Source of the DNA: Octopus sinensis
Lineage: Eukaryota
Length of the DNA: 36,197 bases
NCBI RefSeq assembly: GCF_006345805.1
Contig: NW_021826228.1
Location: 1-36,197 of the forward strand
Direction: 5' to 3'
The position numbers and the translations under genes were made by a program. Below, one piece after another: positions 1 to 11,600 of the stretch; within the stretch, counting starts at the first letter, position 1; each line of letters starts with the position of its first letter. Below the pieces are notes generated by a model. It was not told the origin of the DNA. It ran no database searches and saw only the letters and a list, made by a program, of their open reading frames with translations.

Positions 1-299
1 GTGATCAATGCAACAAATGTGAGTGGAGAGGGACAATGTTAAAAATGAAAGATGGATGTTACGTGAAGTGGTTCTGGCAGGTGAGAAGATAACTGCTTTC
101 ACAGAAAAGATGATAAAATGTGTAGTTCTCTCCTCATTCAACTACAGCATTAGAATAATGTACTTAGATATATGATAGATAATGAGGGGCTGGAGAAGAA
201 GTTTTGATGAGAAAATTAAATAAACGGTCTAATTGTGTATATAAATATTGTATTTCTGAAATTCAGTTTTGCTGAGATGGTTGGGTTTCCTTGAGCATA

Positions 300-520
300 A
301 CATGTTACCAATCAACCCATCTTCAACCCTAGCTTCATTCCGTTCTAGTCTTCGTATGTCCTCTGCCGTCGAGGTTCGTGTCTCACTACCATACACCATT
401 GCCGTTTGAATACAAATATCATACATTCTACTTTTTTCTCTAAGAGGGAAATTTCTTTCTAACTACACAGTTAGAAACTCTCTGAACTTTCTCCGTCCTA
501 TTCTTATTCCGTCAACTCTG
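300..520 (-). mobile_element. RTE-type LINE fragment (C-terminal ORF remnant)
   Basis: Minus-strand translation MYDICIQTAMVYGSETRTSTAEDIRRLERNE resembles the 'LY..CVRS.MLYGSETW......RLERNE' region downstream of RT in RTE LINEs. Confidence 0.7.
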
Positions 521-977
521 ACAATTTTGTGTGACTGTTCTTTTCAATTTGATACAAGTCTTTATTCTTCAGTTGTCCATTCTTACTCTGTGTTGACTGT
601 ATTTTCTGACAGTTTAGTTCTTTGAAATTTCTGTCTTCCGATGAAGTGGTAAAAATTTGCCACAAAAACAATTGTAAAGAATGAAATTTGGAATAAATAT
701 TTCTCTCTCTTATTACAAAATATGGATTTGTATTCTATGGATATTGCAAGCAACGAACATAGATATTGGAATTGTCTTCATAGCTACATTTCTGGGATTG
801 TAATAGACTTTACTGTGTGCATGTATGTGTGTGTCTGTGTGTCCAAAGTATCTCCAAAGCAACATAATTTTGGAAAGATCTATTTTGACAACAGATCACC
901 AAAATTATTTTTATGATTCAAAACTAAATCATGGAGAAAATAAGAAAACGATGTTGTTGGTTATTACTACCATATTG

Positions 978-1023
978 TCATCGTGTCACACTGCCATTAC
1001 TATGGCATATTTGGACATTTGAC
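978..1023 (-). CDS. Possible terminal exon of the ankyrin-repeat gene (W-SNVQICHSNGSVTR*)
   Basis: AG acceptor (aaacag|G) is phase-compatible with the phase-2 donor at 1090 and would give 'AVEWSNVQIC', resembling ankyrin 'GNxEIV'. It implies a short 67-bp intron; there is no other support. Confidence 0.3.
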
Positions 1024-1090
1024 CTGTTTGGAATTGGAAGAAATTTAGAAACACAACAAATCTGGAGATTTTAGTCAATTCTGAACTTAC

Positions 1091-1242
1091 CACTCCACAG
1101 CATGATCAAGAGCTGTTTTGCCATCTCCACCCTTCATATCCAAATCAGCTCCAGCCTCGATTAAGAAATTTATAAGATCTGTTTTGCCCACTTGGCAAGC
1201 TGCCATCAGATATGTCACACCTTGTGAACTTATTTCGTTAAT
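1091..1242 (-). CDS. Internal exon of an ankyrin-repeat protein gene
   Basis: 152-bp exon with a pyrimidine-rich acceptor (cttcacttcag|) and GTAAGT donor. It encodes INEISSQGVTYLMAACQVGKTDLINFLIEAGADLDMKGGDGKTALDHAVE, matching the ankyrin consensus (G.T.L..A...G......LI..GAD.....DG.TAL..A). Confidence 0.8.
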
Positions 1243-1380
1243 CTGAAGTGAAGAAAGGGAAGGCATGTAAAATATATTAAAGAGAGAAGAAGAGAGAGTA
1301 CGGAAGAAGATGCTTGGGTGAGGATATAGGGATATGAAAGAGAAAGAAAGATGAAGAAGACAGATTGATATATATATAAT

Positions 1381-1436
<56 letters not shown>

Positions 1437-1619
1437 CATACAAACACACACATATATATGTCATATTGGATGGTTTCCCTCAAACTCAGATTGGACTTAT
1501 TTAGAATTCCTGTCGTCCTAAAAGGGCCAGGAGAGTTCATATGTACATATACACTCTACATTTCCAGTCTGGAATCTTCATTTTTTTTTTTACCAGAATA
1601 TCAACTTACTGGAAACTTC

Positions 1620-1960
1620 CAGAGATGTGCAACTACACAAATACCCTCTCTCACTCATTTATCATATCTTAAATGTATTGCTTCTCTGAGCATCAACACA
1701 CAAAAATCTTTAATTCCTTGCAGCTAACTTGCTAGAATTCCACAGATTTATCCACCATCTTTCCAACAACATTTCTGACCACCTCTGGAATTCAATATTT
1801 CTACCATTTCAGACATGCTCATAAAATCAAAATTAGCCAAGCTACAATGATTTTCAGAAACGTTTATTTCACATTAAAATTGCCAAAGCATGGAACAAAC
1901 TATCTACGTTGGTTGTTAGTTGAACCCTTCAAAATAGCAGACTTCCTAAAATCCATTAAC
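1620..1960 (+). mobile_element. Degraded CR1/L2-like LINE 3' fragment
   Basis: Frameshifted remnants RHAHKIKISQ..FRN..F and IAKAWNKL, typical of the C-terminal region of CR1-group ORF2. Confidence 0.45.
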
Positions 1961-2479
1961 ACTACTTCTGATGTTCCTATGCACCCGTTCCTCTTTCTAC
2001 CCCTTTCATTGCTCTCTTTTCTGCCTATGGGTGTTTTACCCTATGTACTATGTCATACACTTTAGGCTGCCATGGGTGTTTCTCTCTACATGACTTTGTG
2101 TTGCTTTCTGACCTTACATGGGATGGGGGAAGATCCATAATTAGGGGAATCATACAAATCTACCAATTCATTTTAAAGGAAAAAGCGTTTCTTATTAAAC
2201 GTAAGATGTCTGTCTTAGTTACAACCTCACTTTTGTCTGACTGAAGTGGTGGGGGAAAATCACTTCACAGATCCCCCAGTATATTACTGTTACATTTGAT
2301 ATCAAATAGGAAGCGAAAGAAAACACTGAAAAGATTTCAAGTGTGAGACGCTGACACGAGACATGCTGCTAAATATACAGAGACTATCTGAACAAACCAA
2401 CTGTAGAGATTAGACCATAAGATGGTGTGTAAAGTAATTGAATAGGTAAAGATCTATAACGGGTGAAAACCCTTAGGAA

Positions 2480-2600
2480 TAATTGTGGTGAGTTGATGCA
2501 TTGAAAACCTCTTTAAGTTGGTCATTGAAGCTATTACAAAGGAAATATTTGTGACTTGATATCTGTGGGAAGTTCTGAAGGACATCAGGCTCTTCTAAAT
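2480..2600 (+). mobile_element. Degraded RTE RT remnant
   Basis: VIEAITKEIF..WEVL resembles the segment preceding the YADD motif in RTE RTs; the motif itself is decayed. Confidence 0.3.
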
Positions 2601-3599
2601 ATGTCCAAAGTGTGAAAAAGTAGACGCAAAAGAAAGGAAGTGACAGAGAGAATTATAATATTAAGAAAGCAGGGAGTAGTTTGAGGAATCTTAATAAGGC
2701 AGCAGTATCAGGGCTTGCATTAGTTTGTAGTCATACGGTATGTAAAAATGTGTGAGTGGTTCATACCCAACTGTATTACAGCTGTACAGACAAGCAACAC
2801 TATCAACTTCACCTGGAGGAAAACACCTAGCCTCACTAACTGGCAGACATTCACCCACCGTTGAAATACATGTCTGATGGTCAACAAAAAACGTAAGGAT
2901 TGTTTCTGTATTTCACCATCTGTCAGCTCTTTTCCCTCCCAAATTACAGCCTAGATTTCTGGTCTCTTACCAAGAATTATCTCCATAAATTAAGCAGAAT
3001 CCTTTTACCCACCACTCTCTAACTGTGGAGAGGCTCTATACCTGTAATTCTCAAAAATTTCCTATGGCCCCTTTTTCTTTTGCTAACAACTTTTCAAAAG
3101 CTTTTCCCCTTGCTATAATTCAGTGTCCCTCGTTTTAAATGTATATAATACCAGGTGAGAGTATTTTCTTTCTGGGTCCCTGTCTTGACATGGGTGAATA
3201 CTAACCACAGGCCCACCCCACAATAAATGAATATTTGATACATCACCCCTTCACTTTAGTTACTGATTGAACCTTTACTCAGGTAAATATTATTTGTGTT
3301 TCATATATACATACTCCCATTTGTTCCTCATAAAATTTTCCACAGCCCCCAACCAGGGGTAGTATTAATCTCTTTGGAAAAGGCCTGCTCTATATTCTTG
3401 TAGAGAGTATCTCATCTGCTGACTACCAGCCTACTATTCGAATGTCCAATATTTCAACTATGAAGTAAAATGTCATAAACAGCCATCATCTTCATCCTTT
3501 CGGTATCTTCCTCTATTCAATGAACTCCAGAATAGTTCTGTAAAGCCAGATCGAGCAGATGGTAGGGTCGATTCCTATGTGACACCCCAGTGTTTTCAT

Positions 3600-3816
3600 A
3601 TATTTGACAGAAAAGAGAAATGGTGTAACCCTTGACATCAGTAAAACTTTCAATTGTTTCTGGCGAGAGAACGTCATGACAAAGTCACCACCCATCTACT
3701 GGCTCCATCTGTCTCTCATCTCTTGGACTGAATATTTCCTGCCAGAATACTCCATTGCAGTGAGTGATGGTTGGCTTCTATCTCATTCACATTCCATCAA
3801 CTCGGACATGCTTTAA
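3600..3816 (+). mobile_element. Degraded non-LTR reverse transcriptase fragment
   Basis: VTLDISKTFNCFW...LISWTEYFL..SIAV.DG..S.SHSINS matches the LDISKAFDRVWH...LISWI..FL..RSI.V.VDG..S....INAGVPQG pattern. Confidence 0.65.
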
Positions 3817-4959
3817 GGTTTGGCTAAATATTTATGAAATCTAGTAATGATGATTAGAGATGAAAGAAAAGAAATACCTGTGTTTATTTAGGAACAATTA
3901 ATATTGTGTATAAAATAGCAATCAACTTTGAGAAGACAATACACAGAACAACTTACTTTTTGTGAATTCTTTTTAATATATTCTTGAATATTTTGAGTGT
4001 CGCCAAGCAAAAGTTTGCTTATATTCTTATCAACTTCCATCTTTTAAATGAAATATGCTAGAAAACGAAAGAAATCAAAAATGTCAAAACCTTATAAAAT
4101 GAGGTAAACAACAATATAAAGAAGACTGTGTTTCTCACATTTCTCATAAAATATTACAAATATTGGAAACTTCAGTTCCTCTAAAATATCATTTACATCT
4201 GGATGTCCTTCCTGGCATTAATAAACCTAACAACAGTCATTGTGTTGTGTCTCTTGGTCAGCTACATTACTCTGCTTATTACAGTCTGATTGGTGACAAT
4301 TAAACCCTGAATATTGGAATGTACAGTTTGTTGGTCAGCCAGGTGGAGACACTGTTCCTGTTGAGCTTGGATTTGTGGATCATACCTCAGCTAAGTGGAG
4401 ACACTGTATACCTTGCGCTATAGATCATTCCTCAGAGAGGTGTAAATACAGTACCCTTTGAGCTGAGGGCCTATGGATAACACCTTGTTGTTATTCAACT
4501 CACTGATTACGGGGCGCAGGTGTGTTTGATCAGAACTTACCTGGAGCTACTCAACAACAAATTCCAAGAACTTAGAAGTGATGGAAACAGTTATAAACAA
4601 CTAAATGCTTTATCAATTTCGATATCATTTCCCATTCTGTGACCATCACTATGGTTCCATATTTTCAAAACACACACATATGCTTTTTGGTTATTTTTTC
4701 ATGTTAGTCAGTATCAGAAAGCATCACCCAATAATGAAGTTTGCTCAACATATCAGAAGATGAGATTAACAAAGATTTTAATTACCAAGAATATTATGTT
4801 ATTAAAATATATTTTATAATGAAGGATCCATCACATAGTATGAGATAATAATTTATTTATTCATAGAACGGATTAAGATACAAAATACTTAATACTTGAA
4901 GTAAGACACAAAATTTACAACAATATTAAAGCTTGAGTTGATAGAAATCTTAGGCTGCC

Positions 4960-5130
4960 GGACAAAATGCTTAATGGCATTTCTTCCGAATTTACATTCT
5001 GAGCTCAAATGCTGTCATGCTTCAGTTTGCCTTTCATACTTTTGGATGGAATAATTGCCAGTACATGTAATCGACTTGACCCCCTTCCTCCTAATTCCTG
5101 GCCTTGTGCCAAATCTTGAGACAAATATTA
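4960..5130 (+). mobile_element. Degraded SINE fragment
   Basis: ggacaaaatgcttaatggcatttc...ctgagctcaaat...tttgcctttcat...gtaatcgactt resembles a cephalopod SINE family (recognition only). Confidence 0.45.
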
Positions 5131-5949
5131 AAGCATGAAATTTGGAAGACAAGGAAAGATTATTTGTTCTTAAGGTCATCCGTCTTCAAGATCATTCCTG
5201 ACATGACAGAAATATAGAAAGAACGCAAGAAATACAACAAAATATTGATTCTATAAAAGAAGAGAAATTAATAAAAGAATCGATAGAAAATGGTTCATGC
5301 GCAATAAACCTTTCAGGATTCATCTTTGATTTGATCTCATCTCTTTCGATTCTAGTCTGAACCACACCACCAACAAGTGACACTATAGAGTTTTATAAAA
5401 TATATCTTTAAAGCTATTAATATAATTTGGACAATTGTTTAATGAATATGGCTTACAAACACACCCACATATGTATATATGTGCGTATATGTATTACAGA
5501 TGTGTCGTAGGCAGTTTTTAGTTCAGTGCCAAGGCGTGGCACACTGGGCAAGGGTATATAGGCACACACACACACACACAAGTACTTGTGTTTATATCTG
5601 ACTGTGTGCCTGCGTGCGTGTGTGTGTGTGTGTGTGTGTATGTGTGTGTGTGTGTGTGTGTGTTTGTTTGTTTACGTTTTGTATCTCTGAAAATTATCCA
5701 GCTCAGAATAATAATGTTCTTATTATCTTCCTTATTAGCAAAAGGACATTTGACAGAAGTGATCCCTTACTTGAGCAGCAGATAAAGGTTCATGTTTGGA
5801 AGGGATCAAACTGCAAACTATGCCTTAATGATGTATCCATCTAACACCTGCTAGCAAGCCAGCATGAGAAAAAAGGTGTAAAAACGAATAACATATATAA
5901 ATATAGGTACATGCTTACATGTATATATGTATATATATGGATATTTATA

Positions 5950-6329
5950 TTCAGCCATTTGACTGCGGCCATGCTGGAGCACCGCCTTTAGTCTAGCAAC
6001 TCGACCCCGGGACTTATTCTTTTTGTAAGCCCAGTACTTATTCTATCGGTCTCTTTTTACCGAACTGCTAGGTGACGGGGACGTAAACACACCAGCAATG
6101 CTAGAGGAACAAACACGGACACACAAAAAACGCACATATATATATATATATATATACATATATACGACAGGCTTCTTTCAGTTTCCGTCTACCAAACCCA
6201 CTCACAAGGCTTTGGTCGGCCCAGGGCTATAGTAGAAGACACTTGGCAAAGGTGCCACGCAGTGGGACTGAACTCGGAACCATGTGGTTGGTTAGCAAGG
6301 TACTTACAACACAGCCACTCCTGCGCCTA
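5950..6329 (-). mobile_element. tRNA-derived SINE (octopus-type), near full length
   Basis: The minus-strand head aggcgcaggagtggctgtg...ggttccgagttcagtcccactgcgtggc has A/B-box-like motifs; there is an internal (TA)n/(CA)n tract and a tail gcatggccgcagtcaaatggctgaa. Related copies occur elsewhere in the window. Confidence 0.85.
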
Positions 6330-6348
6330 TGTATATGTATGTATATGT

Positions 6349-6412
<64 letters not shown>

Positions 6413-6480
6413 TACATATGTATGTATTATATGTATGTATATGCATATATATATATATGTAATAAATATATATGATATAT

Positions 6481-6790
6481 ATTGGTAAAAACGGTAAGAT
6501 AACAAAAGAAAGAAAGAGACCTCAATATTATGTAAATAGAGGAAATTTATCTGTAAAATAATATGTGACAATTATTCAATAGCCAAGATAAAACTCTGAG
6601 TTTCAGATGCCGAGGTGGAAATCCACAACACCATCTCTTCGGTTATCTGGCCATCTATATTCTATGTTCTTTCTATGTTTCTGTCATTTCAGATAACCGA
6701 AGAGATGGTGCTGTGGATTTCTCCCTCGGCATCCGAAAATCAGCGTTATATCTTGGCTATTGGATAATTGTCACATATTATTTTACAGAT
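6481..6790. mobile_element. Penelope-like pseudo-LTR remnant in inverted (head-to-head) arrangement, between (TA)n tracts
   Basis: ~100-bp inverted repeat (6549-6649 vs 6690-6790, 40-bp spacer); each arm carries a hammerhead-like motif; (TA)n on both sides. Confidence 0.65.
6586..6648 (-). ncRNA. Minimal type I hammerhead-like motif (second, more decayed copy at 6691-6753 +)
   Basis: AGAUAA-CCGAAGA-GAUG..GUGGA UU UCCAC..CAUC-U-GAAA-CUC A GAG-UU-UUAUCU. Stem I is AGAUAA/UUAUCU and stem III has a 1-nt loop. The core has U4C and an extra U before GAAA. Confidence 0.55.
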
Positions 6791-7204
6791 ATATATATAT
6801 ATATTTATATATATATATATATATACATACATACATATATATATATATATATGTATAGATATATGAATATGTATATACATACATATATACTGGCTTCATT
6901 CCCCCACCTTTGCATGTCTCAGGTCCCTCTAGCGTATAGCATTGCTGTTTGTATATATACATCGTAGAATCGTCCTTTCACCCGGCGAGAGAAACTTTTG
7001 GTTGCCAAGAGGTAAAGTACGTATGAATTTTCACTATCCTATTCTTATTCTAGCAATTACACTTTCCATACATCATCCCCCATTGCTAATTGGGGCCCTT
7101 AGGTAGCAGAAATTATTCACTAGCTCTAAAGGGCTTCCGGGCGCGTATGAGAAAATCGATTTCCTGAGTATCTGTAGTTTTTATGACTCCTGTGCACCTT
7201 CCAC

Positions 7205-7460
7205 ATATATATATGAAACTGAGAATGTGTGTCTGTCTGTCTGTGTGAATCCCTAAAACTTGAGAACTACACAACCAATTTCATTAAACTTTTACACACG
7301 CTTTACTTAGGGTCTACGAAGTGTCATGGGCAAATTTATTTTAACTTCTTGCCTAGGGTGAGCCCACAGCAATATCATATATTCTCTACTATTTCAGTAT
7401 AACGCGACAAAAGTGAAAGAAAAAACATCTCTCTATTGTAATGTCAGATGCTTTCACTTT
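7205..7460 (+). mobile_element. Non-autonomous Helitron/Lep1-HINE-like interspersed repeat
   Basis: atatatatgaaactgagaatgtgtgtctgtctgtctg...ccctaaaacttgagaactacacaaccaatttcattaaactttt has the TCTG-microsatellite plus 'aaaactac..aaccgatttt.atgaaatt' layout. Related copies at ~25915-26150 (-) and ~31080-31320 (+). Confidence 0.5.
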
Positions 7461-7689
7461 AATACTGAAGCTATTAATGTCAAACTATTATATGATAGAG
7501 ATGAACTGTAACTGGACATCCATTCTGCTAGAAGATCTGCTATGGTCTTATATGCCACACCACTGGTTTTAAATGCATACTAATCAAATTAATATTCAAT
7601 TTTTTACCCTTATTATTTTAAATTGAAATTTACATGTATATATATATATGTGTGTTGTGTGTGTGTGTGTGTGTATATACATACAGATG

Positions 7690-7733
<44 letters not shown>

Positions 7734-7843
7734 TGTATATATATACATATATATACATGTATATATAGATGTATAAGTGTACATATATATACATGTATAT
7801 ATAAATGTATAAGTATACATGTATATGTATACATGTATGTGTA

Positions 7844-7889
<46 letters not shown>

Positions 7890-7966
7890 CACATATATAT
7901 AGACACACATATATACATGCATACATATATGCACCCATAAACACATACACACGCACATACACATAT

Positions 7967-8295
7967 ATAGGTGCAGGTGTGGCTGTTTGGTAACAAACTT
8001 GGTTCCAAAACACATGGTCCTGAGTTGATTCCCACTGTGGGGTAACTTGGTATGCGTCTTCTGCTATAGCTTCAAACCAACCAAAGTCTTGTCATTTGAT
8101 TTTGTAGATAAAAACTGAAAGAAATCAATTGTATTTATATGTATGTATATATGTAAGTCTATGTGTGTGCCTTTGTGTTTCTTTCTCATCACTGCTTCAC
8201 AACTGGTGTTCGTTTATTTACATCACCATAACTTACTGGTTTCACAAGAAGAAAGTGATAGAATAAGTACCAGGCTTATGAAAATAAAAAAAACC
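7967..8295 (+). mobile_element. Degraded SINE (same family as 5950-6329)
   Basis: Head ataggtgcaggtgtggctg..., body gatagaataagtaccaggctt. Confidence 0.7.
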
Positions 8296-8369
8296 ACTAG
8301 GCTGTGTCTCATATTTTTGTTTGCCCACTCATTTGTATCTATCAATTTATCATTGTATGTGTGTGTGTA

Positions 8370-8622
<253 letters not shown>

Positions 8623-11600
8623 TATATAGAGGGCATTATACATACATGCCAGGAGGCATTCTACATACACGCCATACGCTAAGAGGGACAATCAGTCATT
8701 TCTACCAAAAATATTACTAATCCCACCGAATGCAATTTTTCAAAGAAAGACATTTAAAAATATATAGACCTGTATCACAGTGATTTCATACTTACGTAAT
8801 CATCAGCAGGCCTGAATATACCATAAATAAACAACGACCCCGCTTCGCTTAAGCCGATCAGCTAACTGATCAACATCAACGAAGCACATGCACATATTTT
8901 TTTTATATACTATATCCGGATGAATGGCAAACTTTTACGAATTGCATTTCGGGAGAGGAAAAGTTTTTTCGGAATAAAAATTTAGCAATTAAGGACAACT
9001 ACTACTAATAAGGAAAACTTAACAAGAAATGTCAGGTAGATAGCGTAAAAACCTCATAAGAGAAAAATTTCGAAAATAATTATTTCTTATTGAACATATT
9101 AATTTATATATATATAGAGGGCATTATACATATATGCCAGGAGGCATTCTACATACACGCCATACGCTAAGAGGGACAATCAGTCATTTCTACCAAAAAT
9201 ATTACTAATCCCACCGAATGCAATTTTTCAAAGAAAGACATTTAAAAATATATAGACCTGTATCACAGTGATTTCATACTTACGTAATCATCAGCAGGCC
9301 TGAATATACCATAAATAAACAACGACCCCGCTTCGCTTAAGCCGATCAGCTAACTGATCAACATCAACGAAGCACATGGTTGAATTTATATATACTATAT
9401 CCGGATGAATGGCAAACTTTTACGAATTGCATTTCGGGAGAGGAAAAGTTTTTTCGGAATAAAAATTTAGCAATTAAGGACAACTACTTAATAAGGAAAA
9501 CTTAACAAGAAATTGTCAGGTAGATAGCGTAAAAACCTCATAAGAGAAAAAATTTCGAAAATAATTATTTCTTATTGAACATATTATTTATATTATATAG
9601 AGGGCATTATACATACATGCCAGGAGGCATTCTACATACACGCCATACGCTAAGAGGGACAATCAGTCATTTCTACCAATATTACTAATCCCACCGAATG
9701 CAATTTTTCAAAGAAAGACATTTAAAAATATATAGACCTGTATCACAGTGATTTCATACTTACGTAATCATCAGCAGGCCTGAATATACCATAAATAAAC
9801 AACGACCCCGCTTCGCTTAAGCCGATCAGCTAACTGATCAACATCAACGAAGCACATGGTTGAATTTATATATATACTATATCCGGATGAATGGCAAACT
9901 TTTACGAATTGCATTTCGGGAGAGGAAAAGTTTTTTCGGAATAAAAATTTAGCAATTAAGGACAACTACTTAATAAGGAAAACTTAACAAGAAATTGTCA
10001 GGTAGATAGCGTAAAAACCTCATAAGAGAAAAAATTTCGAAAATAATTATTTCTTATTGAACATATTAATTTATATATAGAGAGGGCATTATACATACAT
10101 GCCAGGAGGCATTCTACATACACGCCATACGCTAAGAGGGACAATCAGTCATTTCTACCAAAAATATTACTAATCCCACCGAATGCAATTTTTCAAAGAA
10201 AGACATTTAAAAATATATAGACCTGTATCACAGTGATTTCATACTTACGTAATCATCAGCAGGCCTGAATATACCATAAATAAACACGACCCCCCCGCTT
10301 CGCTTAAGCCGATCAGCTAACTGATCAACATCAACGAAGCACATGGTTGAATTTTATATACTATATCCGGATGAATGGCAAACTTTTACGAATTGCATTT
10401 CGGGAGAGGAAAAGTTTTTTCGGAATAAAAATTTAGCAATTAAGGACAACTACTTAATAAGGAAAACTTAACAAGAAATTGTCAGGTAGATAGCGTAAAA
10501 ACCTCATAAGAGAAAAAATTTCGAAAATAATTATTTCTTATTGAACATATTAATTTATATATATATAGAGGGCATTATACATACATGCCAGGAGGCATTC
10601 TACATACACGCCATACGCTAAGAGGGACAATCAGTCATTTCTACCAAAAATATTACTAATCCCACCGAATGCAATTTTTCAAAGAAAGACATTTAAAAAT
10701 ATATAGACCTGTATCACAGTGATTTCATACTTACGTAATCATCAGCAGGCCTGAATATACCATAAATAAACAACGACCCCGCTTCGCTTAAGCCGATCAG
10801 CTAACTGATCAACATCAACGAAGCACATGGTTGAATTTATATATACTATATCCGGATGAATGGCAAACTTTTACGAATTGCATTTCGGGAGAGGAAAGTT
10901 TTTTCGGAATAAAAATTTAGCAATTAAGGACAACTACTTAATAAGGAAAACTTAACAAGAAATTGTCAGGTAGATAGCGTAAAAACCTCATAAGAGAAAA
11001 AATTTCGAAAATAATTATTTCTTATTGAACATATTAATTTATATATATAGAGGGCATTATACATACATGCCAGGAGGCATTCTACATACACGCCATACGC
11101 TAAGAGGGACAATCAGTCATTTCTACCAAAATATTACTAATCCCACCGAATGCAATTTTTCAAAGAAAGACATTTAAAAATATATAGACCTGTATCACAG
11201 TGATTTCATACTTACGTAATCATCAGCAGGCCTGAATATACCATAAATAAACAACGACCCCGCTTCGCTTAAGCCGATCAGCTAACTGATCAACATCAAC
11301 GAAGCACATGGTTGAATTTATATATACTATATCGGATGAATGGCAAACTTTTACGAATTGCATTTCGGGAGAGGAAAAGTTTTTTCGGAATAAAATTTAG
11401 CAATTAAGGACAACTACTTAATAAGGAAAACTTAACAAGAAATTGTCAGGTAGATAGCGTAAAAACCTCATAAGAGAAAAATTTCGAAAATAATTATTTC
11501 TTATTGAACATATTAATTTATATATATAGAGGGCATTATACATACATGCCAGGAGGCATTCTACATACACGCCATACGCTAAGAGGGACAATCAGTCATT

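Noticed and set aside
4541-4650. Candidate minus-strand exon ending at the GTAAGT donor at 4540
   Set aside because: Stops in two frames, a weak acceptor, and a phase incompatible with the ankyrin exon.
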